A DNA stretch of 64,000 nt from an uncultured delta proteobacterium. Its GTDB lineage: Bacteria > Desulfobacterota > Binatia > UBA9968. The notes under the pieces were generated by a model that ran no database searches, had not been told where the DNA came from, and worked only from the letters and a program-made list of their open reading frames with translations. Shown one piece after another: positions 20,392-31,430 of the stretch. Numbering within the stretch: the first letter of the stretch is position 1; each line of letters starts with the position of its first letter. The stretch is from positions 1 through 64,000 of the forward strand of contig CAVTUQ010000037.1 in NCBI GenBank assembly GCA_963737905.1, read 5' to 3'. The position numbers were made by a program, and so were the translations under genes.

Positions 20392-21045
20392 TTATACAGC
20401 CCGCGCGCCGCGCAATGGATTATTCATCCCTACAGTCTTGAACCGTTCGTACAGAATATCGAGGAGATAGTGGAAGATCACCACGTGAACGGCCTCCACA
20501 ACACCCATGTTAAACGAAGGCACGTGGACGCTGTGGTGGCACATCTTTTTTAGCTTGCCACCGTCGTAACCCGTTATGCCCACGGTCGTTAGGCCGTTTG
20601 CATTGGCCCACTCGACTGCCTTGAGGATGTTTGGACTGTTTCCCGAGCCGCTGATCGCGAGCAACACCGCACCCCGTTCTGCAAAGTTCTTCAGCTGTTC
20701 GACGAAGATACGGTCGTAGCCCAAATCGTTCCCGTACGCGAGGATGCATGGTGTGTTGTCAGTTAGGCTCATCACCTTGAGCCGTTTCTGCTCGTCAAAA
20801 TTGTGGAGTGTCCCCTTGCCCAAGTCCTGACAGAGGTGCGAAGCATTCGCACCCGACCCGCCGTTCCCGATAATGAATACGAAGCGATCGTTGCTGTACG
20901 CATCGGTCAGGAGGTTGACCAGTGTCTCGACCTCTGTAAGGTCGACCTTCTTGAGGAGCGCGGCAAAGTCGTCGAGGTACCGCTCCAGGCCCACAGTCGT
21001 CGCAGTCTGCATCTGTCCTCCTTGCAATTTCGCTTCCGCTGCCAC
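20392..21045 (-). CDS. gmhA: Sedoheptulose-7-phosphate isomerase (SIS domain); the true start may be 21012
   Basis: GNGGSGANASH, ND.GY..IF.EQL, ISGSGNSPN. Confidence 0.85.
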   Translation of the reverse strand: MAAEAKLQGGQMQTATTVGLERYLDDFAALLKKVDLTEVETLVNLLTDAYSNDRFVFIIGNGGSGANASHLCQDLGKGTLHNFDEQKRLKVMSLTDNTPCILAYGNDLGYDRIFVEQLKNFAERGAVLLAISGSGNSPNILKAVEWANANGLTTVGITGYDGGKLKKMCHHSVHVPSFNMGVVEAVHVVIFHYLLDILYERFKTVGMNNPLRGARAV

Positions 21046-21815
21046 TAAATGTCCTTGGTTATTTCGGGTCTAATCGCGCCAATGTAGTGGGTACAGAGCA
21101 GCGGAATTCTCTCCAGTAAATATGCCAATAACCACGAGCGTCGAGCAACCCAGCGCGCAAGCGGTGGCGCTAGAGTGGTCCGACGTAAATCAACTCGCCA
21201 GTAGGGGAAAAAAGTATTGATCTCCTTCTTCTTTACTCCTCGAACATCAGGGTTCCAGGGATTGTTCACATGATAGTCATACCAGAGAATCAGGCCCTCT
21301 TTTTTCACTACGCGAGCCATTTCCGATGCGATCCCGTGCTTCATGTCGGAATCTAGAATTGAGGTGAAAACCGTTGATTGAAGAACCAGATCAAATGTCG
21401 CATCAGGGAAGGCCAACTTTGCTGCACTGCCACATTGGATCTCTACCCCAGAAGGGCACAACTGTTTGGCCTCGGTGACGAATCCCGGAAGCAAATCAAC
21501 TCCGAAAACATTCTCCGGCCGAGCGCCCCATTTGATGAACTCCCGAAGCCAGTAGCCGTTACCGCAACCTATTTCAAGGATCTTTTTCGTATTCAACGCC
21601 GAAAAACCGTGACGCTTCAATAACGCCAGCATCTGTCGTTCTCGCTCCTGAAGCATGAAGAGATGACCGGGACTGAAGCATGAATAACGAATCTCATCTC
21701 CTTCTCGTCTGGCATAGGCCGCCTCGATGCGCGCCTCCTCGGCATGGAGCGATACACCGGAAAGATTGCTTGATGTGTGATGATTGCTTTGGGTCATACA
21801 GCTGGGATGGTTCAT
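21045..21815 (-). CDS. Class I SAM-dependent methyltransferase
   Basis: ILEIGCGNG, FDLVLQSTVFTSIL. Confidence 0.85.
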   Translation of the reverse strand: MNHPSCMTQSNHHTSSNLSGVSLHAEEARIEAAYARREGDEIRYSCFSPGHLFMLQERERQMLALLKRHGFSALNTKKILEIGCGNGYWLREFIKWGARPENVFGVDLLPGFVTEAKQLCPSGVEIQCGSAAKLAFPDATFDLVLQSTVFTSILDSDMKHGIASEMARVVKKEGLILWYDYHVNNPWNPDVRGVKKKEINTFFPYWRVDLRRTTLAPPLARWVARRSWLLAYLLERIPLLCTHYIGAIRPEITKDI

Positions 21816-21933
21816 TAATTTTGAGAACTTCCAATCCGTGAAACCTGTCCAACGAACACAAGTTGGAGCGAGGCCTGCATCTAAAGGCGCTTCCCTTTAT
21901 CCTTTTCTCTGAATGAGCCTTTTTTAGTCGCTG

Positions 21934-22992
21934 CTACCGTGCTCGTACGGGAGCACGCGAACAAGAGAACCAATTGATTCCTTCTACGGAAAGGACTATC
22001 AGTCCCAGCGCTGTGCTGTTGGCGAAAACAAATAGGTTTAAAAATATGCCCAACGCCAACGCCTGGCTCTCCGGCACGTGATACAGTTGCAAACCGGTAA
22101 TTGTAAAAAATTGGTATGTGCCGACTGCACCGGGCGCTGCTGGCAGGAGCATCCCAATGGATAATATCACTCCGGTGACGATTGCTGCCACAAAGGGTAG
22201 ATTCAGACCAAACATCAGCAAAACAACGAACATAATAGAGAACTCCAAGAGCCAAATAGCCAACGTTACGATAAGCACTAGCAGAGTCTGTCTCTTGCTA
22301 TTCAATACATTGAGTCCAAGTGAGAAACGCTGCAGGATCCGTTGCATCGTCGCAACTATTTTCCCAACGCGGAACTGTTCCGCTGTAACATCCGATCTGG
22401 TTCTGTGCCCTTTGCCATGAGCATTGATTATTAACAGAATCAACAACAATCCTAGAAACACGAGTGAACCAATTGCGCCAGTCTTCCCTAGCCATGCCGG
22501 CAGCGGAGCTATGAACAGAGCTACGCCAAGGAAAGCCAGCAACGTCAATCCATCCACGACTTTCTCCAGCACGACGGTGGCAAGTGCGCCGCTGGATCCA
22601 AAAGCCGGAATTAGGCGGCCGATTATGCCGGCGCGTGCCACGTCTCCGAGCCGCCCAGGCAGAAGATTGTTGGTCAATGTACCAATCATAAAAGCGCCGA
22701 AGGCCTGCCTTACCGTCGGCCGGGAGTCCGGTGGAAACATCCAACTCCAGCGGACGGCACGCAACCAGAAGTCAACCAAGGCGATTGCAACTATGGGCAG
22801 AAGCCAGCGCAGATTCACGGTGGCTAAGGCTTCATGTACCTCAAGCACGTCCGCCTTCCGCACGGCTAGGTAAAGGAACAGTCCGCTGATCCCAATGGAA
22901 AGCAAAACACCAACATAGCGCCGCCATCGGTTTAGCCTGGCGGGCGCGGCTATTTCACAAGGTGCAACGCTTCCTGCCATTGGGTCAGCCAT
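21934..22992 (-). CDS. UPF0104 / lysylphosphatidylglycerol synthase TM-domain (flippase-like) protein
   Basis: LRAVRW, NNLLPGRLGDVAR, EKVVD, PAAPGAVGTYQ; multiple TM helices. Confidence 0.88.
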   Translation of the reverse strand: MADPMAGSVAPCEIAAPARLNRWRRYVGVLLSIGISGLFLYLAVRKADVLEVHEALATVNLRWLLPIVAIALVDFWLRAVRWSWMFPPDSRPTVRQAFGAFMIGTLTNNLLPGRLGDVARAGIIGRLIPAFGSSGALATVVLEKVVDGLTLLAFLGVALFIAPLPAWLGKTGAIGSLVFLGLLLILLIINAHGKGHRTRSDVTAEQFRVGKIVATMQRILQRFSLGLNVLNSKRQTLLVLIVTLAIWLLEFSIMFVVLLMFGLNLPFVAAIVTGVILSIGMLLPAAPGAVGTYQFFTITGLQLYHVPESQALALGIFLNLFVFANSTALGLIVLSVEGINWFSCSRAPVRAR

Positions 22993-23992
22993 GGGACTGC
23001 CTCTGAATGGTATCCGATTGACGGTCGGTAGTAGCTTCGATCAGATAGCGCGGACGGCGCCTCGATTCATCCAGAGCCCGCCATAGGTATTCCCCTAATA
23101 CGCCCATCATTAACATCTGAATGCCGCCGACAACCAGCACTACTATCATTAGCGATGACCACCCCGGTGCTGGATCGCCGGCAAAATAATTTTCAATGAC
23201 ATGACTGGCGTAAACAAAACCGGCGAGCGCGACAATAAAGCCGACGTAAGACATAAGACGAATCGGCAAATAAGTGAACGATGTGATGGAGTCCACTAGC
23301 AACTTGAGTTTTTTCTTTAGTGTCCAACCCGAGTGCCCGTGGAGCCGGGCTTGCTTATCGTAGGTGATCGTCTCTTGGCGAAAGCCCATCCAACTGATGA
23401 GAGCTAACACGCTAACGTTGCTCTCTTTGAATTCAAGAAAAGCATCGAGGACCTGACTGTCCAATAGAAAGAAGTCCGCCCCAGTAGGTGGCATGTCCGT
23501 GAGGCCGACAACGTGACGCATTAGCATATGGTACAATCGACTCAAACCAATGCTGCTCGTTTTCTCCCCTTCTCGGCGAGCCCGTGCTGCCCAAACTACC
23601 TGAGCCCCCGCGAGCCATTTTTTTAAAAGAGCAGGCAGCACTTCGGGTGGATCCTGTAAGTCGGCTGCCATAATGACCGCACAGTGGCCCTTGGCGTGAG
23701 ATAACCCGCAGATTGAAGCCATGTGTGATCCGGAGTTCCTAGCAAGACGGATGACGCGAACTCTTGAATCACGGCTAGAGATGGCTGCCACAGTAGCAAA
23801 GGTCTCGTCGGAAGAATGATCGTCGATAACAATCCATTCCCATTCCACGGCGGAAGATTTCAGTGCATTTGACAGTCGTTCATAAAATAAAGGGAGATTT
23901 TCCGACTCGTTATAGGCGGGAGTTATCACTGAAAACAATGCACGGCCTCCCAGTCGTACCTCTTGTCGGCTCAACTTATCGCGCTCAAGCAT
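22985..23992 (-). CDS. GT2 polyprenol-phosphate glycosyltransferase (GtrB/DPM1-like)
   Basis: PAYNE, DDHSSD, LARNSG, ADLQDPPE, two C-terminal TMs, GEYLWR. Confidence 0.9.
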   Translation of the reverse strand: MLERDKLSRQEVRLGGRALFSVITPAYNESENLPLFYERLSNALKSSAVEWEWIVIDDHSSDETFATVAAISSRDSRVRVIRLARNSGSHMASICGLSHAKGHCAVIMAADLQDPPEVLPALLKKWLAGAQVVWAARARREGEKTSSIGLSRLYHMLMRHVVGLTDMPPTGADFFLLDSQVLDAFLEFKESNVSVLALISWMGFRQETITYDKQARLHGHSGWTLKKKLKLLVDSITSFTYLPIRLMSYVGFIVALAGFVYASHVIENYFAGDPAPGWSSLMIVVLVVGGIQMLMMGVLGEYLWRALDESRRRPRYLIEATTDRQSDTIQRQSHG

Positions 23993-24003
23993 TGTACCTC
24001 CGC

Positions 24004-25200
24004 CTAATCATGGCAGGCTCCGCATGCTTGCTGCAGAGCGGCGACCACCTTATCTTGTTCTGCATCGGTCATCTGATGGAAAAGAGGCAAGATGATAGCA
24101 CGATCTTGCGCTTTCTCACTTTCGGTCAAGCGCTTGCAAGTTCCCGGCGGACAGTTGCACTCTGAATCATTACCACACGACCACGTTCCAGTACCGTAGG
24201 CGGTTTCGCGGTGAGCACACATAACCCCTCGCCGCGTTGCTACGCCGGCATCAAGCATGCTTTGCATGACTTGCGATTGATCACACTCCGTTGGCAACCG
24301 GACACAAAAGCTTTGCCAATTGCTCCGTGCCCAATCCGGCTCGTCCGGCAATCCTAGACCTGGGATGTTGGACAGAAGAGTCCGATAACGCTCGACCTGT
24401 TGACGCCGCCGAGCCACAATCTCTGGCAAACGTCTTAGTTGTTCTCGGCCAACCGCTGCCTGTATGTCGGTCATGCGATAGTTGTAACCCAATTCAGGAT
24501 AGGACTCGAAAATGACTTTATGAGTCTTGTGCCGGACCGTGTCGGCCACACTCATGCTGTGCTGGCGCCAGAGACGAAACTTCTTATCCAACTTAGGATC
24601 GCTCGTCGTGAGCATGCCCCCGTCTCCGGTTGTGAGAAGTTTGCGGGGATGGAAAGAGAAGCAAGCCACATCGCCATGCGGCTTGCCAATTTTTTCCCAA
24701 CTTCCATTGCGGCGAATTTCACTCCCCACAGCGCAAGCAGCATCTTCCACTAAAGCCAGAGAATATCGTCGGACAATTTCTGTAATTGCCTGCACGTTGC
24801 ACGGCATACCTATTTGGTGGACGCAAAGGATGGCACGTGTACGTTTAGTAATCACGTTCTCGATCAATGCGGGATTCATATTGAAGGTACCGGGTTCGAT
24901 GTCGACGAACACAGGGATTGCCCCGCAGTAGCGAACACTGTTGGCGCTGGCGATATAAGAGTGGCTGACGGTAATTACCTCGTCGCCTGTATTAACCCCG
25001 ACGGCAAGCAACGCTAGATGCAGCGCCACCGTACAGTTAGAGACAGCGGCGGCATACTTCGCGCCTACATAATCAGCGAACTCCTGCTCAAATGCGGCGA
25101 CCTCTGGTCCCTGGGTAACCCATCCAGAGAGAATAGGACGTTCCGCTGCCTTGGCTTCTCGTTCATCCATCCATGGTTTGGTAATTGGGATAGACGGCAT
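24004..25200 (-). CDS. DegT/DnrJ/EryC1/StrS aminotransferase
   Basis: MPSIPITKP start, EDAACAVG, FSFHPRKLLTTGDGG, GYNYRMTDIQAA. Confidence 0.92.
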   Translation of the reverse strand: MPSIPITKPWMDEREAKAAERPILSGWVTQGPEVAAFEQEFADYVGAKYAAAVSNCTVALHLALLAVGVNTGDEVITVSHSYIASANSVRYCGAIPVFVDIEPGTFNMNPALIENVITKRTRAILCVHQIGMPCNVQAITEIVRRYSLALVEDAACAVGSEIRRNGSWEKIGKPHGDVACFSFHPRKLLTTGDGGMLTTSDPKLDKKFRLWRQHSMSVADTVRHKTHKVIFESYPELGYNYRMTDIQAAVGREQLRRLPEIVARRRQQVERYRTLLSNIPGLGLPDEPDWARSNWQSFCVRLPTECDQSQVMQSMLDAGVATRRGVMCAHRETAYGTGTWSCGNDSECNCPPGTCKRLTESEKAQDRAIILPLFHQMTDAEQDKVVAALQQACGACHD

Positions 25201-25213
25201 GATACTCGCTTCC

Positions 25214-26086
25214 TTATATCCCGGCATGAACGACCATACGAAACATACGGTTGAAGGGTTTTCCAAGCCACTCTACGGCCGTCACGGCTGCCAAGCTTAC
25301 AGGAGAGATAGGTCCGCCTGGCCGCGATGGATCATACGGGAATAAACGAATAGAATGTAGCGAAAAGCCCTGCTTCTGTAGCGCAACGGACAATGAGCGA
25401 TCGTCAAAAAAACAAACATGATTACCGCCAAAGATTTCTTCGACGGCGAAACCAATGCCCAACTTCTTTAGAATCCGCGCCAGAACTACGACGGCTCCCC
25501 GATGATTAGGAGTATACACAACCAATTTACCGCCAGGTTTCAACACATGGCGCGCAGTTGCTAAAAGCTTCAACGGTTCAGTCACGTGCTCGATAACATC
25601 AAGCATGGTCACTGCGTCAAAGTTTGCCTCGGCATCCAATTCCTCGGCTGGCTTGCAATGCACCCGCAAGCCGCGAGCGCGCGCCTTTTGTACCAACGGT
25701 TCACATAGCTCAACTCCCTCGGCTTCGTAGCCGAGTTCTTGTGCTTCTTCGAGCAAGGCCCCCAGTCCTGTGCCGATATCCAGCAACCGCGGTTTGGTTA
25801 TGCAGTGCGTTATGCTAATCCCACCAAGGACTTTCCGAAAAAACGCACGCGCAGTTTCACTTAGCATATATTGTTCCGTGATCTCAGCTGCCGCGTACTC
25901 GTCACCGTATGCCTGAGACAATCGGTCAGGTTCACTGAGGATTTTGAAGCACATTGAACAATGGCGACAATTCGCGATCAGTCCGGGCACACTGAGAACG
26001 TTGGATACCCTTCTGAGATCAAAAATAACCTCGTGCTCAATGCCCCCACAAAGCGGACAGTGCGGGCTGCTTGATATACGGTCCAT
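25214..26086 (-). CDS. Class I SAM methyltransferase with N-terminal Zn-ribbon
   Basis: CPLC..CRHC, LLDIGTGLG, DVIEHV. Confidence 0.85.
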   Translation of the reverse strand: MDRISSSPHCPLCGGIEHEVIFDLRRVSNVLSVPGLIANCRHCSMCFKILSEPDRLSQAYGDEYAAAEITEQYMLSETARAFFRKVLGGISITHCITKPRLLDIGTGLGALLEEAQELGYEAEGVELCEPLVQKARARGLRVHCKPAEELDAEANFDAVTMLDVIEHVTEPLKLLATARHVLKPGGKLVVYTPNHRGAVVVLARILKKLGIGFAVEEIFGGNHVCFFDDRSLSVALQKQGFSLHSIRLFPYDPSRPGGPISPVSLAAVTAVEWLGKPFNRMFRMVVHAGI

Positions 26087-26092
26087 GTGCGC

Positions 26093-27082
26093 TCAGCTCG
26101 CAACGGTCATCAATGACCGTTGCAATTCATCTCGCCACCATTTCACTAGCCGAGATACGCCCCCTTCCAGAGATACTTGTGCTCTAAATCCCAACTTCTG
26201 GTCTGCCTTACGCGTACCAGCTAGGCGGCGGGGTACCGGATTCACTTTACGCTCGGGACCGTACTCCGGCTGTAGATCAGACCCCATGACCTTCAGCAAA
26301 GCGTAAGCAAGCTCGTTCAGGCTGGTTTCCACGCCGCTGGCAATGTTAAACACCTCGTCCGTAACATCAGCCTCCGCGGCCAAAATGTTAGCTCTCGCAA
26401 TGTCTTCAACATATATAAAGTCCATTGTCTGCGCGCCGTCACCGAAGATTATCGGCGGCTGGCCGGCGGCGATGCGCTCCATCCAGCGAATGAGTACTTC
26501 CGTATACGCCCCGTAGACGTCCATGCGTGGACCGTAGACGTTAAAGTAGCGTAGTGCCACATAGCTAAGACCGTACATATCGTGGAAGCTACGCAGCAGC
26601 CCCTCGTTGAATGTTTTGGCCGCACCATAAAGAGTGCAATTGTTATAAGGATGGTGGCGTTCTGTTGTTGGAAATTCTTCGGCCAATCCATATACCGAAG
26701 CCGAAGATGCAGCAACCAATCTTTTTACTTTAGCCTTAACCGCTGCTTCCAGGACGTTGAATGTGCCGTCAACCAACACCTCTAACGCCAGGCGCGGTTC
26801 CTCAGCGCATTGGGTAATTCGGATGGCTGCCTGATGGAAAACGATATTGACGTCTTGCATCGCCTCGTTCACAAATTCCCTGTCGCGAATGTCCCCCTCG
26901 ATGACTGTTATGGGTCCATGGCCCAACGCCCCGGCTAAGTTTTCACGTCTGCCACGAACGAGATTATCCAAGACGATGATGTCGGCGGCCTTTTCATTTA
27001 TCAACTGATCCACAATGTGCGATCCGACAAGACCCGCGCCGCCCGTGACCAGCACCCTACTGTCTTTTATTCGCATGCTCAC
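26093..27082 (-). CDS. NAD-dependent epimerase/dehydratase
   Basis: TGGAGLVGS, YGAAK, LRYFNVYGPR. Confidence 0.92.
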   Translation of the reverse strand: MSMRIKDSRVLVTGGAGLVGSHIVDQLINEKAADIIVLDNLVRGRRENLAGALGHGPITVIEGDIRDREFVNEAMQDVNIVFHQAAIRITQCAEEPRLALEVLVDGTFNVLEAAVKAKVKRLVAASSASVYGLAEEFPTTERHHPYNNCTLYGAAKTFNEGLLRSFHDMYGLSYVALRYFNVYGPRMDVYGAYTEVLIRWMERIAAGQPPIIFGDGAQTMDFIYVEDIARANILAAEADVTDEVFNIASGVETSLNELAYALLKVMGSDLQPEYGPERKVNPVPRRLAGTRKADQKLGFRAQVSLEGGVSRLVKWWRDELQRSLMTVAS

Positions 27083-27146
27083 CCTTAACTTTTATTTTGA
27101 TCAACCCGGAGAAATCGCCGCCCGCTGAAGACAGGATTGACGTGCT

Positions 27147-29394
27147 TTAGAGACCGAAGAGCGCTTTTTTTACTACCAAGCCAAGGTAGTATTCCGTAAC
27201 GGGTTTTGATTCCTGGTTTATTGGGTAATTAGCGGCCCTAGCCTTGACATAGCTTTGGTCTCCCAGGTAGAGGTCTCGATTGGTAGCAATGGCGGACTGC
27301 ATTTGTTTGGAAAATTTAGCCACCAGATCTCGTTGTCTTTGGTCATTTCTTTTGAATGGAGCGTTTGATGCTATGCAGAAATAGCTATACATGCGTACGT
27401 AGTCAAAAACGGATGCGACCGTTTTAGGCAAAACCCGGCTCTCACTCATACCACCGAGTAAAAGAATACCTCCATCATTAAGACGCTCGCTTGCAAGCTC
27501 AAAGAACTCACGAGAATGCAGATTGTTGGCATAAGCTGTGGTCGTACGTACGGGATCCATCAGTATGAGATCGTATTTCTCCGGCGTCCTCAGGAGAAAT
27601 CTTCTTCCATCCTCGATCACTAAATTGAGCCTCTTATCGACCAGCATCTGGTGGTAGGTGGAGATTTTTTTTGCGTTCTGCATCAGGGCGCCGCTTAATT
27701 CCACCAAGGTGACGTTTCTAGCCTCCTTCATTCTAAGAGCTGTTTCGGTAATGGATCCCGCGCCGAATCCAATGATCAGTATATTCTCGGCCTTTGCTGC
27801 GAAACTCATTGCTTCGGCAGCTTCAAAGTAATACTTGTCGTCCGGATGAGGTCCATGATTAGTTCCGTTGATGTAGACCAAGATTTTGTCCGGGCTTTCA
27901 TAAAGCATGGTCACTGCATCCAAGCCTTCTTCGAAATAGACCTTGAATTCTTTCCCTCGCGGCGTGTGCACGACCTCATACAGCTGCCCCTTTTTAGGAA
28001 AGCAAATTAATAAGCCAAGCAATAGCGACAAGGCGAGAGCTATCCGGCGGGTGAATCGCAATGGCCGGCCGGCGACTTGAGAAACAAACAGAAGCATAAG
28101 AATATTAATTGCTGCAAACCCTATAAGCGTTAGTTCCGTCCCAAATCGAGCCAGTAGCAGGAAGCCCGTCGCGATACCTCCAAGAACGTTGCCCACGATA
28201 TTGAAAAAGTACACCGTACCTACGGTTTTACCTTCCTGATCCGGCTTTGAAAGGGCTAAGAAAGAAATCAGTGGAAAACTTGCTCCCATACATAAGGTCG
28301 GCACAAGAATGAAAACTATCGGCCACAGGAAAACGTCTACGAATGAATAGACCTGCAGCAAAAACGCCTGCAAGGAAGAAAAATCGGGGGTCACGCTGGG
28401 GGTCGGATGGACAATAATCGAAAACGAGGCACGGGTGAAAATATCGAGGCTAGTATATTTAGTGAGGTAATAATAAGCCACAAATATTACCATAACGTAA
28501 AGCCCGATTAGGACCTGAAGTTGAAAAAACAAGCTGCTTTTTTCGACCGTTGGATGGGCCCTTAAGAACCTGTTCATGCCGAAGCTGCCGCACGCCACCC
28601 CTAAGAGATAAACCGAAAGGACGGAAGAAAATACATACGGCGAGTCTTTCAGTATGACTCCTATTATGCGGAACCAGACAATCTCATAACCAATAGCTAA
28701 AAAGCCAGTGGTAAATACCAGGAGATACGCTGCCTTCACCCATATGGTCTCCGGGTTTACCCGGCATTCGGGTTCATTTCCTTCCCTCTGTTGCGACAGG
28801 GAAGGGGATCGGGCAAGAAGAATTAGCAGAGCGAGCACGAAATTGACTGCAACTGCAAAATAAACCGTGATGTCCAATCCAAAAAACGAGATCAGCAAGT
28901 AACTTGTAAAGATTGCTCCAAAGGCCGCGCCGATCGTATTGATAAAATATAGAAAGCTAACCGTATCGAAAAAGTCTTGAATCCAGGAATTAAAAATCTT
29001 CGTCAATAACGGCAGGGTGATCCCCATCAAAAGCGTCGGTAGGGAAAGAAACATGAACATGTAGAAAAACGCTACCGTATAATTGCTGCCCGCCGTGTAC
29101 TGTCCCAAATAATGAAGGAACGGAAGACTCATCACTCCAAAGAGGCCGATCGATAATTCTACGATAAAGTAGAGAATGATCTTATTCTTGACTCTTTCCG
29201 CCAGGAGCCCTCCCAATAACGCTCCCAATCCCAAGCCAACCATGTAAACACTGACTATCAACGTAATCGAAATCGCTCCGACGCCGTAATACGAGGCCAG
29301 AATTCGTTGCCAAACAACCTGATAAATCAAGCTGGCAAAACCCGAGAAAAAGAACACGGAACCTAAGAGAGAAGTCGGCTTTGTGAGCATCATT
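27147..29394 (-). CDS. Membrane-fused spermidine synthase-like protein (multi-TM + aminopropyl/methyltransferase domain)
   Basis: SGFASLIYQVVW.R, LMGITLP, NTIGA TM repeats; C-terminal IIGFGAGS, VELS, EDGRRFL, YDLILMDP. Confidence 0.85.
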
Positions 29395-29415
29395 GATATT
29401 TTTTCGTAGCACCAG

Positions 29416-30414
29416 CTATCGTGTGTTTTCTGCCACAACCACGTGAGTCCGCCGCATCTGCCCTATATTTCCCAGATTCTTCAGAAGATCTGACAACTTC
29501 GCGAGATGCTGCTGATCTTCGGCGCTGAAGCGATCTTGTTGTCGAAGATAACCAAAGACCAACGGCAACAATGACAAGCCTTTTCGTTCCGAAACACTAA
29601 GGCCCGCCTTCTCAGCAACTTCGACCAGCCCCTCTTCGGTAAATGTTCGGCTCCGCACGAGGTTATCCGCATCGCCATCCAACAAATTTCTCGTATCAGA
29701 GATCTCGAGCATCTCCTGAACTCCTCCATAGAGCAGCCGCGTCAATAACGCGCCTTCCCATGAACGCTCAGAGATCAGGATACGCCCCTTCGGGCCAAGT
29801 AAACGTTTGCAATCAGACAATCCCAATTCATAATCTTCGTTGAGATAGCACAACACCTCAATGGCAAGGACTAGATCCGCCTTCGCGGATGCGATGGGGA
29901 GCTGGCGCACATCGCATTCCACTAGCAAGAGACGCTCTAGCCACTCGGGATGTTCGTCGCCTAGACGTGATCGAAACCGCGTAAGCGATGAGAAGACCGC
30001 GTCTGTAACAACGACGCGCTCATACCCCCAGGCCAACCACGGCTCGGTATTGCGGCCGTCACCACCTCCTATATCTACGATTAGTTTCTCAGGTGAATCG
30101 GGTTTAAGACTCTCCAGATAATGCCAGTAAACCGGCGTGTCCAGAGAGCTCATCGTGAATGGAATGTGCATTCTCTCGTGAAAGCGAGTGCCATCAACTC
30201 CTTTGTACCAGCTGATGGAGGGATCGGTGGCAGGCACGCCGAAACGTACGACTCCGCTCTCCCATTTTCCGGCTGAGCCGCATCGATCACAACGCAGGAT
30301 GCTATCAACGGACGATAAAGCTCCTCGGCAACGCGGGCAAACCAGGACTGTCAACGCCCAGGCAGGGAGACTCAACTGCAATGAGTCTGAATGATCGTTG
30401 TTCTGATGTCTCAC
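29416..30414 (-). CDS. Class I SAM methyltransferase with Trm112-like Zn-ribbon
   Basis: LVCPRCRG..CDRC, VDIGGGDGR. Confidence 0.75.
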   Translation of the reverse strand: MRHQNNDHSDSLQLSLPAWALTVLVCPRCRGALSSVDSILRCDRCGSAGKWESGVVRFGVPATDPSISWYKGVDGTRFHERMHIPFTMSSLDTPVYWHYLESLKPDSPEKLIVDIGGGDGRNTEPWLAWGYERVVVTDAVFSSLTRFRSRLGDEHPEWLERLLLVECDVRQLPIASAKADLVLAIEVLCYLNEDYELGLSDCKRLLGPKGRILISERSWEGALLTRLLYGGVQEMLEISDTRNLLDGDADNLVRSRTFTEEGLVEVAEKAGLSVSERKGLSLLPLVFGYLRQQDRFSAEDQQHLAKLSDLLKNLGNIGQMRRTHVVVAENTR

Positions 30415-31430
30415 TTACCAACTTCCCAGCGCCAGGTATCTCGACAGAATCCCGCCCCTCCCATTTCCTCTTTGAACCTGGCCAGGCCTTCATTCAGACT
30501 GAAGTCATCAAAGGTCGTAGGTCCAAGATCCAAGTACCTGAATCCATGACCGGCATAGTATTGCGCTATCCCAACCGTGACTACTGCTGCCGGCCGATAG
30601 CGTTCAAACTGATGATCGTGACAGGGATAAAAGGAGTAAGCCACCCGGTCATTCAGCTCGAAGACCAAGCTGCCGGCGATGAGTTCATCTTGCAACCTGC
30701 AGACAAAGAGTCTTACTCGATCAGGCGTCAATTGAAAGATGCGTTCCAACTCTGCCAGTGTGTGAGTCGGCCGCGCGCTATGTTTGGCCCTATTTTCCTC
30801 GAGGATACGATAAAACGATGGGAGATAGTCAGGGCCGGCAGCGGTCACTTCCAGCCCCTGGTTTAGTGCCGACCGCACATAGCTGCGGCGGCGGCCGCTT
30901 ACTAGCCGGTCCAGTACTTCGGCCGGATCGGATGGCAAAACAACCACATGGGATAACCAGCGGCCCGCCAGAGTGAAACCCGACGCTGTTAAGGCAAAGC
31001 TTAGTACGTCATTAGGGCATTTGTCATATATGTTCGGGCCAATTCGCATTTCGACGCCAGCGAGATTAGCATTCCTTATGTAGTCTTTAAGACATGTGAC
31101 AAGTTTCAAGCTTGTAATCGCGCTGTGATCGAGGGAAAGAACAAATCCCCCAACCGACCCCCCATAAGGAGATTTGAGAAAGCGTCGCCCGCTCGGCTCG
31201 TTCACAATGGCGGCTGGCAGGAGACCAACCAGCTTGCCATTTAGCCTGAACATCAGGTGGTGGACATCAAATCTTTCTGGCGGATGATATGCGAGAAAGT
31301 CTAGATTGTGAAAAAGTGTGCCATTGGTAGATTCTTCTAGAAATACTCTCCACTCGACCGCCTGGCTCGGTTCATACCGGCTCGCTGTGATTCCTTCAGA
31401 GCAAATCATGCTTTTAACCTGTGACCCCAT
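30411..31430 (-). CDS. FemAB-like GNAT acyl/aminoacyl transferase
   Basis: NGTLFH..DFLAYH, YLDLG, NEGLARFKEEMG. Confidence 0.8.
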   Translation of the reverse strand: MGSQVKSMICSEGITASRYEPSQAVEWRVFLEESTNGTLFHNLDFLAYHPPERFDVHHLMFRLNGKLVGLLPAAIVNEPSGRRFLKSPYGGSVGGFVLSLDHSAITSLKLVTCLKDYIRNANLAGVEMRIGPNIYDKCPNDVLSFALTASGFTLAGRWLSHVVVLPSDPAEVLDRLVSGRRRSYVRSALNQGLEVTAAGPDYLPSFYRILEENRAKHSARPTHTLAELERIFQLTPDRVRLFVCRLQDELIAGSLVFELNDRVAYSFYPCHDHQFERYRPAAVVTVGIAQYYAGHGFRYLDLGPTTFDDFSLNEGLARFKEEMGGAGFCRDTWRWEVGK